In this document: positions 1 through 8,816 of the stretch, piece after piece
How positions within the stretch are numbered: position 1 is the first letter of the stretch
Layout: each line of letters begins with the position of its first letter
From: Candidatus Micrarchaeota archaeon
GTDB lineage: Archaea > Micrarchaeota > Micrarchaeia > Micrarchaeales > CABMGC01
NCBI GenBank assembly: GCA_027449585.1
Contig: DAIDLJ010000002.1
Coordinates: 1 to 58,151 of the forward strand
Length of the DNA stretch: 58,151 nucleotides
Reading direction: 5' to 3'
The notes under the pieces: model-generated
What the model was told of the DNA's origin: nothing
The model's input: only the letters and a program-made list of their open reading frames with translations
The model's database searches: none
Position numbers and translations under genes: made by a program

Positions 1-181
1 ATAAACATAACATATTCCGGAGGATATCCTGCTCCTTGATGTCTTCCTAATGTAAAAACGACGCAGCTGGGGATGTTTAGGCCACGTCCAAGCATTAAAC
101 ATTTCCTACGCCATATTTTCATATAGGGCTGCGCTACGTGTTTATGAGCAGAAAACCACTAAATGGAAAAGTACGAAAAGC

Positions 182-190
182 TTATAAATA
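182..190 (+). promoter_or_regulatory. TATA-box-like element upstream of the AbrB/PIN pair
   Basis: TTATAAATA lies about 30 nt upstream of the ATG at 220. This spacing fits an archaeal leaderless or short-leader promoter. Confidence 0.35.
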
Positions 191-219
191 AGAAAGTAAG
201 ATAATATTACTGTGATTGA

Positions 220-486
220 ATGACTGATGAAGTAACCGTAATGAGTGTTAGAGGACAGGTAGTAATACCCAAAGAAGTCAGAAGGAAGCTACAGCTTAAG
301 CCGAAGGATAGGCTCATTGTCTATGGTGAAGATGATACCATAATAATGAAGAGACTTGACCTGCCTGAGCTGAAGGAAACCTTTGAAAAGATAAGGCAGA
401 TTGCAAAGGAACGGGATAGGAAGCATGGAAGGCTCAGCCAGAAGGATATAGGCAAGGAGGTTAGTGCAGTAAGGCATGCGCATTAA
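220..486 (+). CDS. AbrB/SpoVT-family DNA-binding protein, antitoxin-like (VapB-type)
   Basis: 88-aa ORF. The N-terminal 'VRGQVVIPKEVRRKLQLKPKDRLIV' matches the SpoVT/AbrB swapped-hairpin motif. It lies 11 nt upstream of a PIN-domain gene. Confidence 0.75.
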   Translation: MTDEVTVMSVRGQVVIPKEVRRKLQLKPKDRLIVYGEDDTIIMKRLDLPELKETFEKIRQIAKERDRKHGRLSQKDIGKEVSAVRHAH

Positions 487-497
487 GGGGTATCTTA

Positions 498-878
498 ATG
501 GTGCGTATCGTCCTCGATACCAACATATTGGTTTCTGGCCTGCTTTATTCAGGCAAGCCCAGAAGATTGATAGGCCTGGCCATACATGGAAGGATAGAAG
601 TTGTGTCCTCGATAGAGATGATCAGTGAACTAAGGGAGGTTCTATCCAGGGAGAAATTTGGGTTAGACACTGGAGACCAGGTATCTATGGTGGATTTTGT
701 AATAAGACTAAGCCGCATAACTATTTTGAAAAGCAAATTCAAGGCGGTAAAAGACCCTGACGATGACATGGTGATAAATACAGCGTATGACGGGAAGGTG
801 ACATACATAGTCTCAGGGGATAAGGACTTATTGGAATTGAAACAGTTTGGTGAAATAAGGATAGTGAAGGCTAGTTAG
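498..878 (+). CDS. PIN-domain ribonuclease, toxin-like (PIN_3/TIGR00305-type)
   Basis: 126-aa ORF. It has 'IVLDTNILVSGLL' at the N-terminus and 'IVSGDKDLL' near the C-terminus, the acidic PIN signature residues. It is paired with the upstream AbrB gene. Confidence 0.75.
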   Translation: MVRIVLDTNILVSGLLYSGKPRRLIGLAIHGRIEVVSSIEMISELREVLSREKFGLDTGDQVSMVDFVIRLSRITILKSKFKAVKDPDDDMVINTAYDGKVTYIVSGDKDLLELKQFGEIRIVKAS

Positions 879-1070
879 ATGCTTAGACTGATAGAGGAAG
901 GCGTGGTGAAATGATTAAGAACGAAAAAAGACACAGGATAACAATAAGCTTAAGCAACGATGAGCTTGAGGCACTTGAAGACTCTTTGGTAGCTTGGAAT
1001 CTTTGCAAGAAACATAATGCCCAGACCTGGAGTCCGAAGACTGGGGAGAAGACCCTCGTTTTTGCTAAGG

Positions 1071-1172
1071 TGGGCCCAGTGAGATTTGAACTCACGACAT
1101 CTGGCTTTCCTGCTCTTTCTTTTGAAAAAGAGATATAAGACCAGCGCTCTAACCAGGCTGAGCTATGAGCCC
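1071..1172 (-). tRNA. Intron-containing tRNA, anticodon UAU (tRNA-Ile) if the intron is at the canonical 37/38 position
   Basis: The reverse complement folds as a cloverleaf. Acceptor GGGCTCA pairs with TGGGCCC. D arm is GCTC-AGCCTGGTTA-GAGC. Anticodon stem CTGGT pairs with GCCAG. The loop is CTTATA[27-nt insert]A. T arm is GTGAG-TTCAAAT-CTCAC and the discriminator is A. The insert contains a CTCTTT/AAAGAG hairpin. U33 and A37 are in place. Confidence 0.8.
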
Positions 1173-1299
1173 ACAGCATAATCTTATATCCAAGATATTT
1201 TAATCCTTATGCTCTGTCTCTCAATCTTTCTGCACGGTTTTACGATGCCACCAGACACATTAATAAGACATATTTGCGTATGGTATCTGCTGATGGCAC

Positions 1300-2607
1300 A
1301 TGGACCTTGGAGAAGGGCTTAGGAAGGCTATTGCAAGGCTTAGCGGAGCGACCATAATAGACGCAAAGGCGATAAAGGAGTTCAACAAGGAGCTCCAGAA
1401 GGCGCTTATATCCGCGGACGTTGAGGTTGAGCTGGTCTTTGAGCTCACCAAGAAGATAGAGGAGGCGGCGCTGAAGAGCAAGATGCCTGAAGGGGTCAGC
1501 CACAAGGACTACATAACCAACCTAGTCTACGAGGAGCTCAGCAGGCTTATGGGGGAGAGCTATGAGCCCGAGATAAGGCCGAAGAAGATACTGCTTGCGG
1601 GAATCTATGGATCGGGCAAGACCACAACATCTGCAAAGCTTGCAAAGTTCTACCAGGATCGCGGCCTTGGTGTTGGACTGATATGCTGCGATGTATCAAG
1701 GCCTGCGGCTTACGAGCAGCTCGAGACTCTTGCAAAGCAGGCAGGAGCAGGATTCTTCGGCATGAAGAATGAGAAGGACGTTGCAAAAATAGTAAGGGAA
1801 GGAATGCTTGAACTCAAGGGCAAGAAGGTCATAATATGCGACTCGAGCGGAAGGAGCGGAATGGATGAGGAATTGATAAAGGAGCTCAAGCTGATAAACA
1901 ACCAGTTCAAGCCAGATGAGAAGCTTCTTGTAATAAATGCAGATATAGGACAGGTGGCGGGGCGGCAGGCCGCAGAGTTCAACAGGGCGATAGGGCTTAC
2001 CGGTGTCATAGTCACAAAGCTCGACGGATCCGGTAAGGGAGGCGGGGCGCTTAGCGCGGTCAATGCAGCATCTGTGCGCGTGATGTTCACCGGAACAGGG
2101 GAGAAGCTCAACGCTCTGGAGCTTTATGACTCGAAGAAGTTCGTTGGAAGGCTTCTTGGCGTGCCGGACCTCGAGGGGCTTCTTGCGCACGTGAACGAGG
2201 CGATAAAGAACTCGGACCTAAAGGCCGAGGATGTGAATTCCGAGGAGCTCAACTTCGAGAGCTTCTACAAGCAGATGAAGGCCATGTCCAAGATGGGGCC
2301 CATGAAGAACGTGCTCGGGATGATGGGCCTTGCCGACGTGCCAAAGGAGGCCGTTGAGACGGGAGAGTCCAAGCTGAAGAAGTACGAGAACATAATAGGA
2401 TCGATGACCAGGGAGGAGAGGCTTGGTGAGAAGCAGCTCAAGGATCCTGGACGCATAGCAAGGATTGCGAAGGGAAGCGGCGTTGGCGAGAAGGATGTGA
2501 AGGAGCTGATAGCTGACTTCAACAAGATGAAGAAGATGGCTGACATGCTCAAGAACAACAGGGACGTGAGAAAGCAGATGTCTAAGTTCATGCCGAAGGG
2601 GTCATGA
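1300..2607 (+). CDS. srp54: Signal recognition particle protein SRP54
   Basis: 435 aa. It has the GTPase P-loop 'GIYGSGKTTT', then 'DSSGR' and 'TKLDG' motifs, and a Met-rich C-terminal M domain (MKAMSKMGPMKNVLGMMG). Confidence 0.95.
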   Translation: MDLGEGLRKAIARLSGATIIDAKAIKEFNKELQKALISADVEVELVFELTKKIEEAALKSKMPEGVSHKDYITNLVYEELSRLMGESYEPEIRPKKILLAGIYGSGKTTTSAKLAKFYQDRGLGVGLICCDVSRPAAYEQLETLAKQAGAGFFGMKNEKDVAKIVREGMLELKGKKVIICDSSGRSGMDEELIKELKLINNQFKPDEKLLVINADIGQVAGRQAAEFNRAIGLTGVIVTKLDGSGKGGGALSAVNAASVRVMFTGTGEKLNALELYDSKKFVGRLLGVPDLEGLLAHVNEAIKNSDLKAEDVNSEELNFESFYKQMKAMSKMGPMKNVLGMMGLADVPKEAVETGESKLKKYENIIGSMTREERLGEKQLKDPGRIARIAKGSGVGEKDVKELIADFNKMKKMADMLKNNRDVRKQMSKFMPKGS

Positions 2608-2615
2608 TTACTTCT

Positions 2616-4022
2616 TTACCTCATTCCTTTGTATTTCCTAACTATTCTTTCTATTATCTCAACTGACTTGCCCATGTTCGACCTTGGATCGCAAAGGAGC
2701 TTTAGCTCCTCTTTTGAGACGAGTCTGGATATCTCCCTCTCGCCAATTAGGCTCTCTAGATAGTCCATGCCACTTGCAAGAGAGCGCTGGGCCGCATTGA
2801 CCGAGAGCTGCCTTGCCTTGTGCCTTGGCATTCCCTTCTCTATGAGCTTGCTCATTACAAGCTGCGATGCGGTGACGCCCTTTGTGTGGTTTAGATTTCT
2901 CCTTATGTTCTCCTCCATCGGCGAGGAGCGCTCGATAAGGTTCTTTACGAGCATGCAGGAATAATCGGACAGGATGAATGACTCTGGAAGTGCAATCCTG
3001 TCGGAGAGCGATGCGGTGAGGTCCCTGAAGTCCTCTGTTGCCATCGATTCCAGGGCGGTCAGCGCGTGGCCTCTTGCCACCCTGCCTATGGAGATGCACC
3101 TCTCCTCTATGAACGGATTGCCGTGTATGCTCTTGTGCGGCATTGCCGAGCTTCCTATCGATCCCTCCTCGGGCATCTCGACGAGCTCCTGGACCTCGGT
3201 CCTCTTCAGCGTCTTTATGTAAGAGGCGATTGTCGCAAGCCTTCCGCAGAGCACTGCAAGATCGGATATGATGTATGCAAGGTCCTCCCTTGGAGGGGTC
3301 TGCATCGTCATCTCCGACTTCTTTATCTTGAGGCTTGATAGGACCTTGGCCTCGATCGCCATGCCATCCATGCCTTCGCTCGTATGGACATCGTATGTGC
3401 CTATGACTCCGGAGAGCTTTCCCTCGACATAGTTCTCCCTGTCTGACTTGAGCCTGTCTATGCTCTTTTGCAGGGAGTATCCGAAGAATGCGAATGGGAG
3501 GCCAAATGCTGCAGGTATTGCATGCTGCCCGTGGGTCCTTGTTATTGCAGGGATTGATTTCCATTCAAAGGCCGCCTTCAGGCAGGCATCGCGCGCCTGC
3601 GAGGCCGTCTTTATGAGCAGGTCAAGGGCCCTTTTGGTCTGCATAGCCTTTGCGGTCTCTATCGCATCTGCCGATGTCATTGCGAAGTGAACGTAACGGC
3701 CGGCAGGTCCGGCCTTCTTTGCCGCGAGGCTAATCAGGGCGCCCATTTCATGGTGCGTCTTCTCGGCCTCGATCTTTCTCACCTCCCTTGGAGTGACCTT
3801 TCTGGTATTTGCTATCGATTTTATCCTTGATGCTGCGGACTTTGGCACCTTTTTGGGATAGAATTCTGAGAGGACCTTTGCATTCTCCGCCTCCACGTCA
3901 AGCAGGGCCTGGATGTAGCTGTCATCATTGAATATCTTAGACATTGGAGTGGTGTATCTTGTGCCTATTGGGGATATCTGGTCAGTTTGCGAATATGATA
4001 CGTCAAGCTTCCTTGGTTTCAT
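2616..4022 (-). CDS. purB: Adenylosuccinate lyase
   Basis: 468 aa. It carries the fumarate-lyase superfamily signature 'GSSAMPHKSIHGNP'. It is adjacent to purA. Confidence 0.9.
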   Translation of the reverse strand: MKPRKLDVSYSQTDQISPIGTRYTTPMSKIFNDDSYIQALLDVEAENAKVLSEFYPKKVPKSAASRIKSIANTRKVTPREVRKIEAEKTHHEMGALISLAAKKAGPAGRYVHFAMTSADAIETAKAMQTKRALDLLIKTASQARDACLKAAFEWKSIPAITRTHGQHAIPAAFGLPFAFFGYSLQKSIDRLKSDRENYVEGKLSGVIGTYDVHTSEGMDGMAIEAKVLSSLKIKKSEMTMQTPPREDLAYIISDLAVLCGRLATIASYIKTLKRTEVQELVEMPEEGSIGSSAMPHKSIHGNPFIEERCISIGRVARGHALTALESMATEDFRDLTASLSDRIALPESFILSDYSCMLVKNLIERSSPMEENIRRNLNHTKGVTASQLVMSKLIEKGMPRHKARQLSVNAAQRSLASGMDYLESLIGEREISRLVSKEELKLLCDPRSNMGKSVEIIERIVRKYKGMR

Positions 4023-4046
4023 GGCCTTACCGCTTCAAATTATTCC

Positions 4047-5063
4047 TCACAAAAGCTCCGCCCTCCTGTCAATCATGTCTGATGCATCTGCGCCTGTGCC
4101 TATCAGGGTTACTGGCACCCTTAGTTTTTGCTCTATGTCCCCTATCCAGACCTTTGCCTCGCCTGGAAGATCCTCGAAATTGCGCACTCCTGCTGCGCCT
4201 TTGAACAGGGTGTCCATCTTGGTTATTGCTACCTGGTTTGCGGAGCTTATCTTGACCACAGACTTTGCAAGGTCTGCATCAAATGGGGCGACTCTCCTCT
4301 GCCTGCCGGTGACAGTACCGAACTCTGCCATGCCCAGCTCCTTTGCCTCTTCCGGCTTGATCTCCCTGTTGAGCGGGCCTCCGCCGACCCTTGTTATGAA
4401 AGACTTGAATATGACTATTATGTTGTCAACGTACTTTGGCCCCACTCCAACCTCGCTGAGTATGCCTGATGATGTGGTGTTCCTGCTTGTGACATAAGGG
4501 TATTCGCCATGGTATAGGCTTAGGAAGTGGCCTTGGCTGCCCTCAACCTGCACCTTGCCGTCATTCTCGACGCAGTTTATGACCTCCGAAGGCACATCGG
4601 CTATGAACCTTGAGAGCTCGGGATAGTCCTTGGCGAGCTTGAGGCTCCTTAGTATTCTCTTTGCCTCCGCCGCCCCTACCCCTTGCTTAGTGCTGCCAAC
4701 TTCATTGCTAAGAAGTGCGTTCTTCTGCTCCTCCTCTGCCTCCAGTGCAGTTATTACCGCGGTGTGGCCGTCGATCATTATCCTGTCAGTAGTGCCCGTC
4801 TCCTCCATCTCCTTGAGTATCATCTCGCGCCTTATCAGGGCTCCTGGGGGTATGACAAGCTTTGTCTTCTTGCTTAGGAATGCCGTAGGTATGGACCTGA
4901 GCTTGTAGGTCTTGCCTTCGTGCACTGCGGTATGGCCGGCATTTACGCTTCCAGTCCTTACTGCCATCTCTGGAAGATCCTTGAGGGCAAGATACGAAGC
5001 CACCTTCCCTTTTCCCTCATCACCATAGAAACCACCGACTAGGATATCGATCATTTGCTGCAC
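4047..5063 (-). CDS. purA: Adenylosuccinate synthetase (short archaeal form)
   Basis: 338 aa. The N-terminal '[11 protein letters not shown]' P-loop is characteristic of PurA. Confidence 0.9.
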   Translation of the reverse strand: MQQMIDILVGGFYGDEGKGKVASYLALKDLPEMAVRTGSVNAGHTAVHEGKTYKLRSIPTAFLSKKTKLVIPPGALIRREMILKEMEETGTTDRIMIDGHTAVITALEAEEEQKNALLSNEVGSTKQGVGAAEAKRILRSLKLAKDYPELSRFIADVPSEVINCVENDGKVQVEGSQGHFLSLYHGEYPYVTSRNTTSSGILSEVGVGPKYVDNIIVIFKSFITRVGGGPLNREIKPEEAKELGMAEFGTVTGRQRRVAPFDADLAKSVVKISSANQVAITKMDTLFKGAAGVRNFEDLPGEAKVWIGDIEQKLRVPVTLIGTGADASDMIDRRAELL

Positions 5064-5103
5064 CCCAGTAGTTTATCGTGCGGATAAGAATTAAAATCTT
5101 AGT

Positions 5104-6249
5104 ATGACCAAGATGAGTGAATCCAGGTGTAGCAAGTTGGTAGACAAGGAGCAGGGGCTTAGGAAGATAGACGAGCTCAAGGAGCAGTATTCAAAGACAA
5201 AGTACAACAAGGCCACTAACAAGTATCTGGGGATGCTAAGGGCAAAGATCGCCGGGATAAAGAGGGAGATCGAGAGCCAGGGCAGGAAGGCGGGCAGTGG
5301 CTATGCTGTAAGGAAGTCCGGGAATGCGACAGTAGCGCTTGTTGGCTTTCCTAACGCCGGCAAGTCCTCGCTCCTGCATGTGCTCACCGGCGTGGAGTCA
5401 AGGGTTGCAGATTATGCCTTCACAACACTTGACGTGATCCCGGGGATGCTTGAATACAGCGGAGCAAAGATACAGATACTCGACCTGCCGGGGCTTATCC
5501 AGGGCGCGCACGTGGGAAAGGGAGGCAGCATGAAGATAATAAGCGTGATACGCGTCGCTGACCTTGTGCTTTTCGTAATAGACATAAACAATTACCAGCA
5601 GCTCTACCAGCTCATGGAGGAGCTAGAGATGCTTAACATAAGGCTCAACCAAAAAAGGCCCAACATGAGGCTCGAGAAGGGGCTTGCAGGGGGATTGAAT
5701 ATAGAGGGCAACGGACATAGGATACCTGACAAGGACGTTGTGCAGAGCATACTCAACGAGTTCAAGATATTCAATGGCGAAGTCATATTCTACGCAGACA
5801 CCAACGACCAGCAACTGCTTGATTATGTAGCTGACAACTGCGTCTACATAAGGGGCGCAGTAGCCCTAAACAAGATAGATACCGTTGACAAAAGGAAGGT
5901 GGAATCGATAAAGAAAGAGATAGAGACAAGGACCGGGATGAAGGTGACCCCGATAAGCGCGAAGATGGCCGGCAACATAGAGGACCTCAAGGGCACGGTC
6001 TTTGCAGGCCTTGAGCTGATAAGGATCTATCTCAAGCCCAGGGACGGTGAGCCGGACTTTGACAAGCCTTTGGTGCTTAACAAGGGCGCGACGGTTATTG
6101 ATGTTGTGAGGAAGATAAACACCAAGCTCGTCAAGAGCATAAAGTATGCGCTGATAAGCGGCCCGAGCTCCAAGTTCTCAAATCAGCGCGTCGGCAGGGA
6201 GCACAAGGTCCTTGACAAGGATGTCGTTACCGTAGTCTTTGATATGTAA
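5104..6249 (+). CDS. Developmentally regulated GTP-binding protein (DRG/Obg family) with C-terminal TGS domain
   Basis: 381 aa. It has G1 'GFPNAGKSSLL', G3 'DLPG' and G4 'NKID'. The C-terminal 'IRIYLKP...' segment is TGS-like. Confidence 0.85.
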   Translation: MTKMSESRCSKLVDKEQGLRKIDELKEQYSKTKYNKATNKYLGMLRAKIAGIKREIESQGRKAGSGYAVRKSGNATVALVGFPNAGKSSLLHVLTGVESRVADYAFTTLDVIPGMLEYSGAKIQILDLPGLIQGAHVGKGGSMKIISVIRVADLVLFVIDINNYQQLYQLMEELEMLNIRLNQKRPNMRLEKGLAGGLNIEGNGHRIPDKDVVQSILNEFKIFNGEVIFYADTNDQQLLDYVADNCVYIRGAVALNKIDTVDKRKVESIKKEIETRTGMKVTPISAKMAGNIEDLKGTVFAGLELIRIYLKPRDGEPDFDKPLVLNKGATVIDVVRKINTKLVKSIKYALISGPSSKFSNQRVGREHKVLDKDVVTVVFDM

Positions 6250-6276
6250 GCGCACTTGGGCTTTACTCTGACTTTT

Positions 6277-7179
6277 TTAGTACATTGCCTCCAGGCGCTT
6301 TATCCTTTCTGCGGTAGGCGGGTGCGTCGAGAACAGATTAGATATCGAACTTGCCTTGAATGGATTGGAGAAGTAGAGCGACGATGTCACGTCATTTGCA
6401 TTCTTCATGGGCGGGGTCTGCGGATTTGCGGTGAAGCCCTCTATCTTCTTTAGCGCGCTGGCAAGGGACTGGGGATTCCTTGTTATCCTTGCGCCGTTGG
6501 CGTCGGCCATGTACTCCCTCCTCCTGGATATCGCAAGCCTTATCATCATCGCAACTATCGGCGCGATTATGCTTAGCGCAAGGCCTATGATCAGTATCAG
6601 TCCGCCATTGCCTCTGCGGTTCCCGCCAAGGCCTCCAAAGAAGAACATGTTGCGTATGATCGCTGCGGCAAGGCCTATGGCACCTGCGAATACGATTGCA
6701 AGCATCATGAACTGGATATCGTTGTTGTATATGTGGGACATCTCATGCGCTATGACTCCCTGGAGCTCGTCCTTGTTCATCATTGAGAGCAGGCCGGATG
6801 TCACTGCAACAGATGCGTGCTTCTTGTCCCTGCCCGTGGCAAAGGCATTTGGATTTGGATCGTTTATTATGTATACCAGCGGCATTGGTATCTGCGAGGC
6901 TGCTGCAAGCCCCTCTACAGCGGCATACAGCGTTGGGTACTGGCTCTTGTCTGCTGGCTTTGCACCGGATACCTTAAGCACAACGGCGCTGCCTGCGAAG
7001 TATGAGAAGGCCGCATAGGCTATGACTATTATTCCGCCCAGGGCTATTGCAAACGGCCCTCCGCCCATTACCAGGACGAAGAAGTAGATTATGAAGAAGA
7101 ACAGCGCTGAGAATATGCACATTAGCAGTATCGACTTGAGCCTGTTCCTAGATATCTCATCGAAGAAGCTTGCCATCAC
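6277..7179 (-). CDS. htpX: M48-family zinc metalloprotease HtpX homolog
   Basis: 300 aa. It has N-terminal TM helices and the 'HEMSH' HExxH zinc site, with further TM helices after it. Confidence 0.9.
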   Translation of the reverse strand: MMASFFDEISRNRLKSILLMCIFSALFFFIIYFFVLVMGGGPFAIALGGIIVIAYAAFSYFAGSAVVLKVSGAKPADKSQYPTLYAAVEGLAAASQIPMPLVYIINDPNPNAFATGRDKKHASVAVTSGLLSMMNKDELQGVIAHEMSHIYNNDIQFMMLAIVFAGAIGLAAAIIRNMFFFGGLGGNRRGNGGLILIIGLALSIIAPIVAMMIRLAISRRREYMADANGARITRNPQSLASALKKIEGFTANPQTPPMKNANDVTSSLYFSNPFKASSISNLFSTHPPTAERIKRLEAMY

Positions 7180-7189
7180 TTATCACAGT

Positions 7190-7831
7190 TTACTTGGACT
7201 TGCCTTTCTGGCCCTTCGAAGCCCCGTCCGCATTGAGATCGCTAAAGTCGACATTCACAGGTTCGGATGCTTCTGGAGGAGCCTGGAAGAAGTCCTGCTT
7301 TGCGAAGTTGAACGTTCCGGCAAAGACATTGCCTGGAAATGTCTGTATCGCATTGTTGTAGTCAAGCACGTAGTCGTTGTAGGATGTCCTTACGAATGCG
7401 ATCTTGTCCTCCGTGCTCTCAAGCTCCTGCTGGAGCATCTGGAAGTTCTGCGAGGCCTTTAGGTCAGGATAGTTCTCTGCTACGGCAAAGATGCTCTTGA
7501 GCGCCTGGCTGAGCTGGTTGTTGGCATCTGCCTTCTGCTGCACAGATCCAGTAATTATCGAGCTTCTCAGAGCAGTTACCTGTGTAAGCACGCTCTTCTC
7601 ATATCCTGCATAGCCCTTGACAGTATTGATAAGGTTTGGTATCAGGTCGTATCTCCTCTTTAGCTGCACGTCTATCTGCGCCCAGGCGTCCTGGACCCTG
7701 TTCCTCTTCTGCACAAAGCCGTTGTACATCATCACAAAGAAGAGTGCAACGAGAACTACGACAACTATGCCTATCTCTAAAAGTACCATAAAACCGATAT
7801 AATATGGCTGCAAAAACTTAAAAACACTCAT
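7190..7831 (-). CDS. lemA: LemA family membrane protein
   Basis: 213 aa. It has a single N-terminal TM and LemA-like blocks 'YNGFVQKRNRVQDAWAQIDVQLKRRYDLIPNL' and 'ENYPDLKA'. It lies directly upstream of htpX, a common pairing. Confidence 0.85.
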   Translation of the reverse strand: MSVFKFLQPYYIGFMVLLEIGIVVVVLVALFFVMMYNGFVQKRNRVQDAWAQIDVQLKRRYDLIPNLINTVKGYAGYEKSVLTQVTALRSSIITGSVQQKADANNQLSQALKSIFAVAENYPDLKASQNFQMLQQELESTEDKIAFVRTSYNDYVLDYNNAIQTFPGNVFAGTFNFAKQDFFQAPPEASEPVNVDFSDLNADGASKGQKGKSK

Positions 7832-7900
7832 CTTGGTTGCGGTAAATGCAGGATTATAAATTAGTTTGATAATCAGTTAATAGTATTTGCAGGTGGAGTC

Positions 7901-8590
7901 ATGTTTGAAAATATTACTGCAGGCTGGAAGCTTGGCGGGGCCGTAAGAAAACTGATCTTTGAAGACAAGAAGCTAATGGTCTTCCCGATCGTAGCCGCAA
8001 TAGTCCTACTGGTCGAGACCATAGCGATATTCGCATCGCTCTTCCTATTCGGCGCCGGGAGCTCTGTGCCATTCGTTGCTTGGCTGGTCATATACTATAT
8101 AATAGTCTATTTCACATCGACATACATACTCGTCGCCATGCTGATAGCCTTCAGGAGCTTTGGCACCAAGACGCCAGTAGGATTTGCTGGTGCATTCTCC
8201 AAGGCTTCTGGATATTTTGTGCAGATCTTTGAATGGGCCGTATTCGAATCGATAGTCACTATGATAATACGGGTAATAGAGCAGAGACTTGGCTATGTTG
8301 GAGCGGCGATCTTCGGGCTTGCGGCCTCAATGGCAATGGGCACTGCCACTGCGTTTGCGATACCTGTGATAGTGGACAAGAAGATGGGTCCGATAGACAC
8401 TCTCAAGGAGAGCACAAATTTCATAATAAAGAATTTCGGCAAGACCTTTGGAGGACTCATCTACTCCGAGCTATACTCTCTCATATTCATAGTTGCGGGC
8501 ATAGCGATGGTGATCCTTGGACTGTTCACGCTTGGCTTACTTGTGGTACTTGGCATCGCGCTCATAGTGTTCGGCGCCATGATGAGCTAG
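7901..8590 (+). CDS. Multi-pass membrane protein, DUF6159-like; ORF ends at an in-frame TAG and the frame stays open to 8755
   Basis: 229 aa. The N-terminal 'FENITAGWKLGGAVRKLIFEDKKLMVFPIV' is followed by about 5 hydrophobic helices. After TAG (8588-8590) the same frame continues for 54 more codons to TGA at 8753-8755. Confidence 0.6.
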   Translation: MFENITAGWKLGGAVRKLIFEDKKLMVFPIVAAIVLLVETIAIFASLFLFGAGSSVPFVAWLVIYYIIVYFTSTYILVAMLIAFRSFGTKTPVGFAGAFSKASGYFVQIFEWAVFESIVTMIIRVIEQRLGYVGAAIFGLAASMAMGTATAFAIPVIVDKKMGPIDTLKESTNFIIKNFGKTFGGLIYSELYSLIFIVAGIAMVILGLFTLGLLVVLGIALIVFGAMMS

Positions 8591-8816
8591 CTGATCTCGA
8601 ATGTCTACAGATTCGTACTGTATGATTACATGAACGGAGGGAAGCTGCCTGAGGGAATAACCGACGATATGGTTAAGTCATCAGTGAAGAGGCAGACGCA
8701 GGGCAGGGGAGGGCTTGGGGGCGTTTTTGGCGGCGGGAGCACTGGCAACATATGACCATGCAGCTATCGCGTCTCTTCAGTAAAGGTTAAATTCGTTTCT
8801 TGAGATTACCATACTT

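Noticed and set aside
61-70. A shared 10-mer ACGCAGCTGG, with loosely similar flanks, at 61-70 and 46046-46055. It was considered as a repeat or att site.
   Set aside because: A single exact 10-nt match between two sites in 58 kb, counting both strands, is expected many times by chance. The flanks diverge immediately.
1-122. A minus-strand open frame (MKIWRRKCLMLGRGLNIPSCVVFTLGRHQGAGYPPEYVMF...) running off the left edge.
   Set aside because: Only ~40 codons are visible, so an open frame of this length can easily arise by chance. It has no recognisable motif and cannot be supported from this window.
911-1138. A 75-aa ORF as a bona fide full-length gene.
   Set aside because: Its last ~23 codons run antisense through the tRNA at 1071-1172. 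Only the first ~25 residues look protein-like (RHH-like). It is treated as a possible gene remnant, not a CDS.
8588-8590. Pyrrolysine or genome-wide TAG reassignment as the explanation for the in-frame TAG.
   Set aside because: TAG terminates at least three other well-delimited ORFs in the window (ends at 878, 9269 and 13623). No pyl genes are visible. Readthrough, mutation or sequencing error are more parsimonious explanations.
8578-8594. ATGATGA followed by CTGA around the in-frame TAG, considered as a second C/D box sRNA.
   Set aside because: The C-to-D spacing is only 6 nt. There are no properly spaced C'/D' boxes and no 10-12 nt guide. The motif lies in coding sequence.
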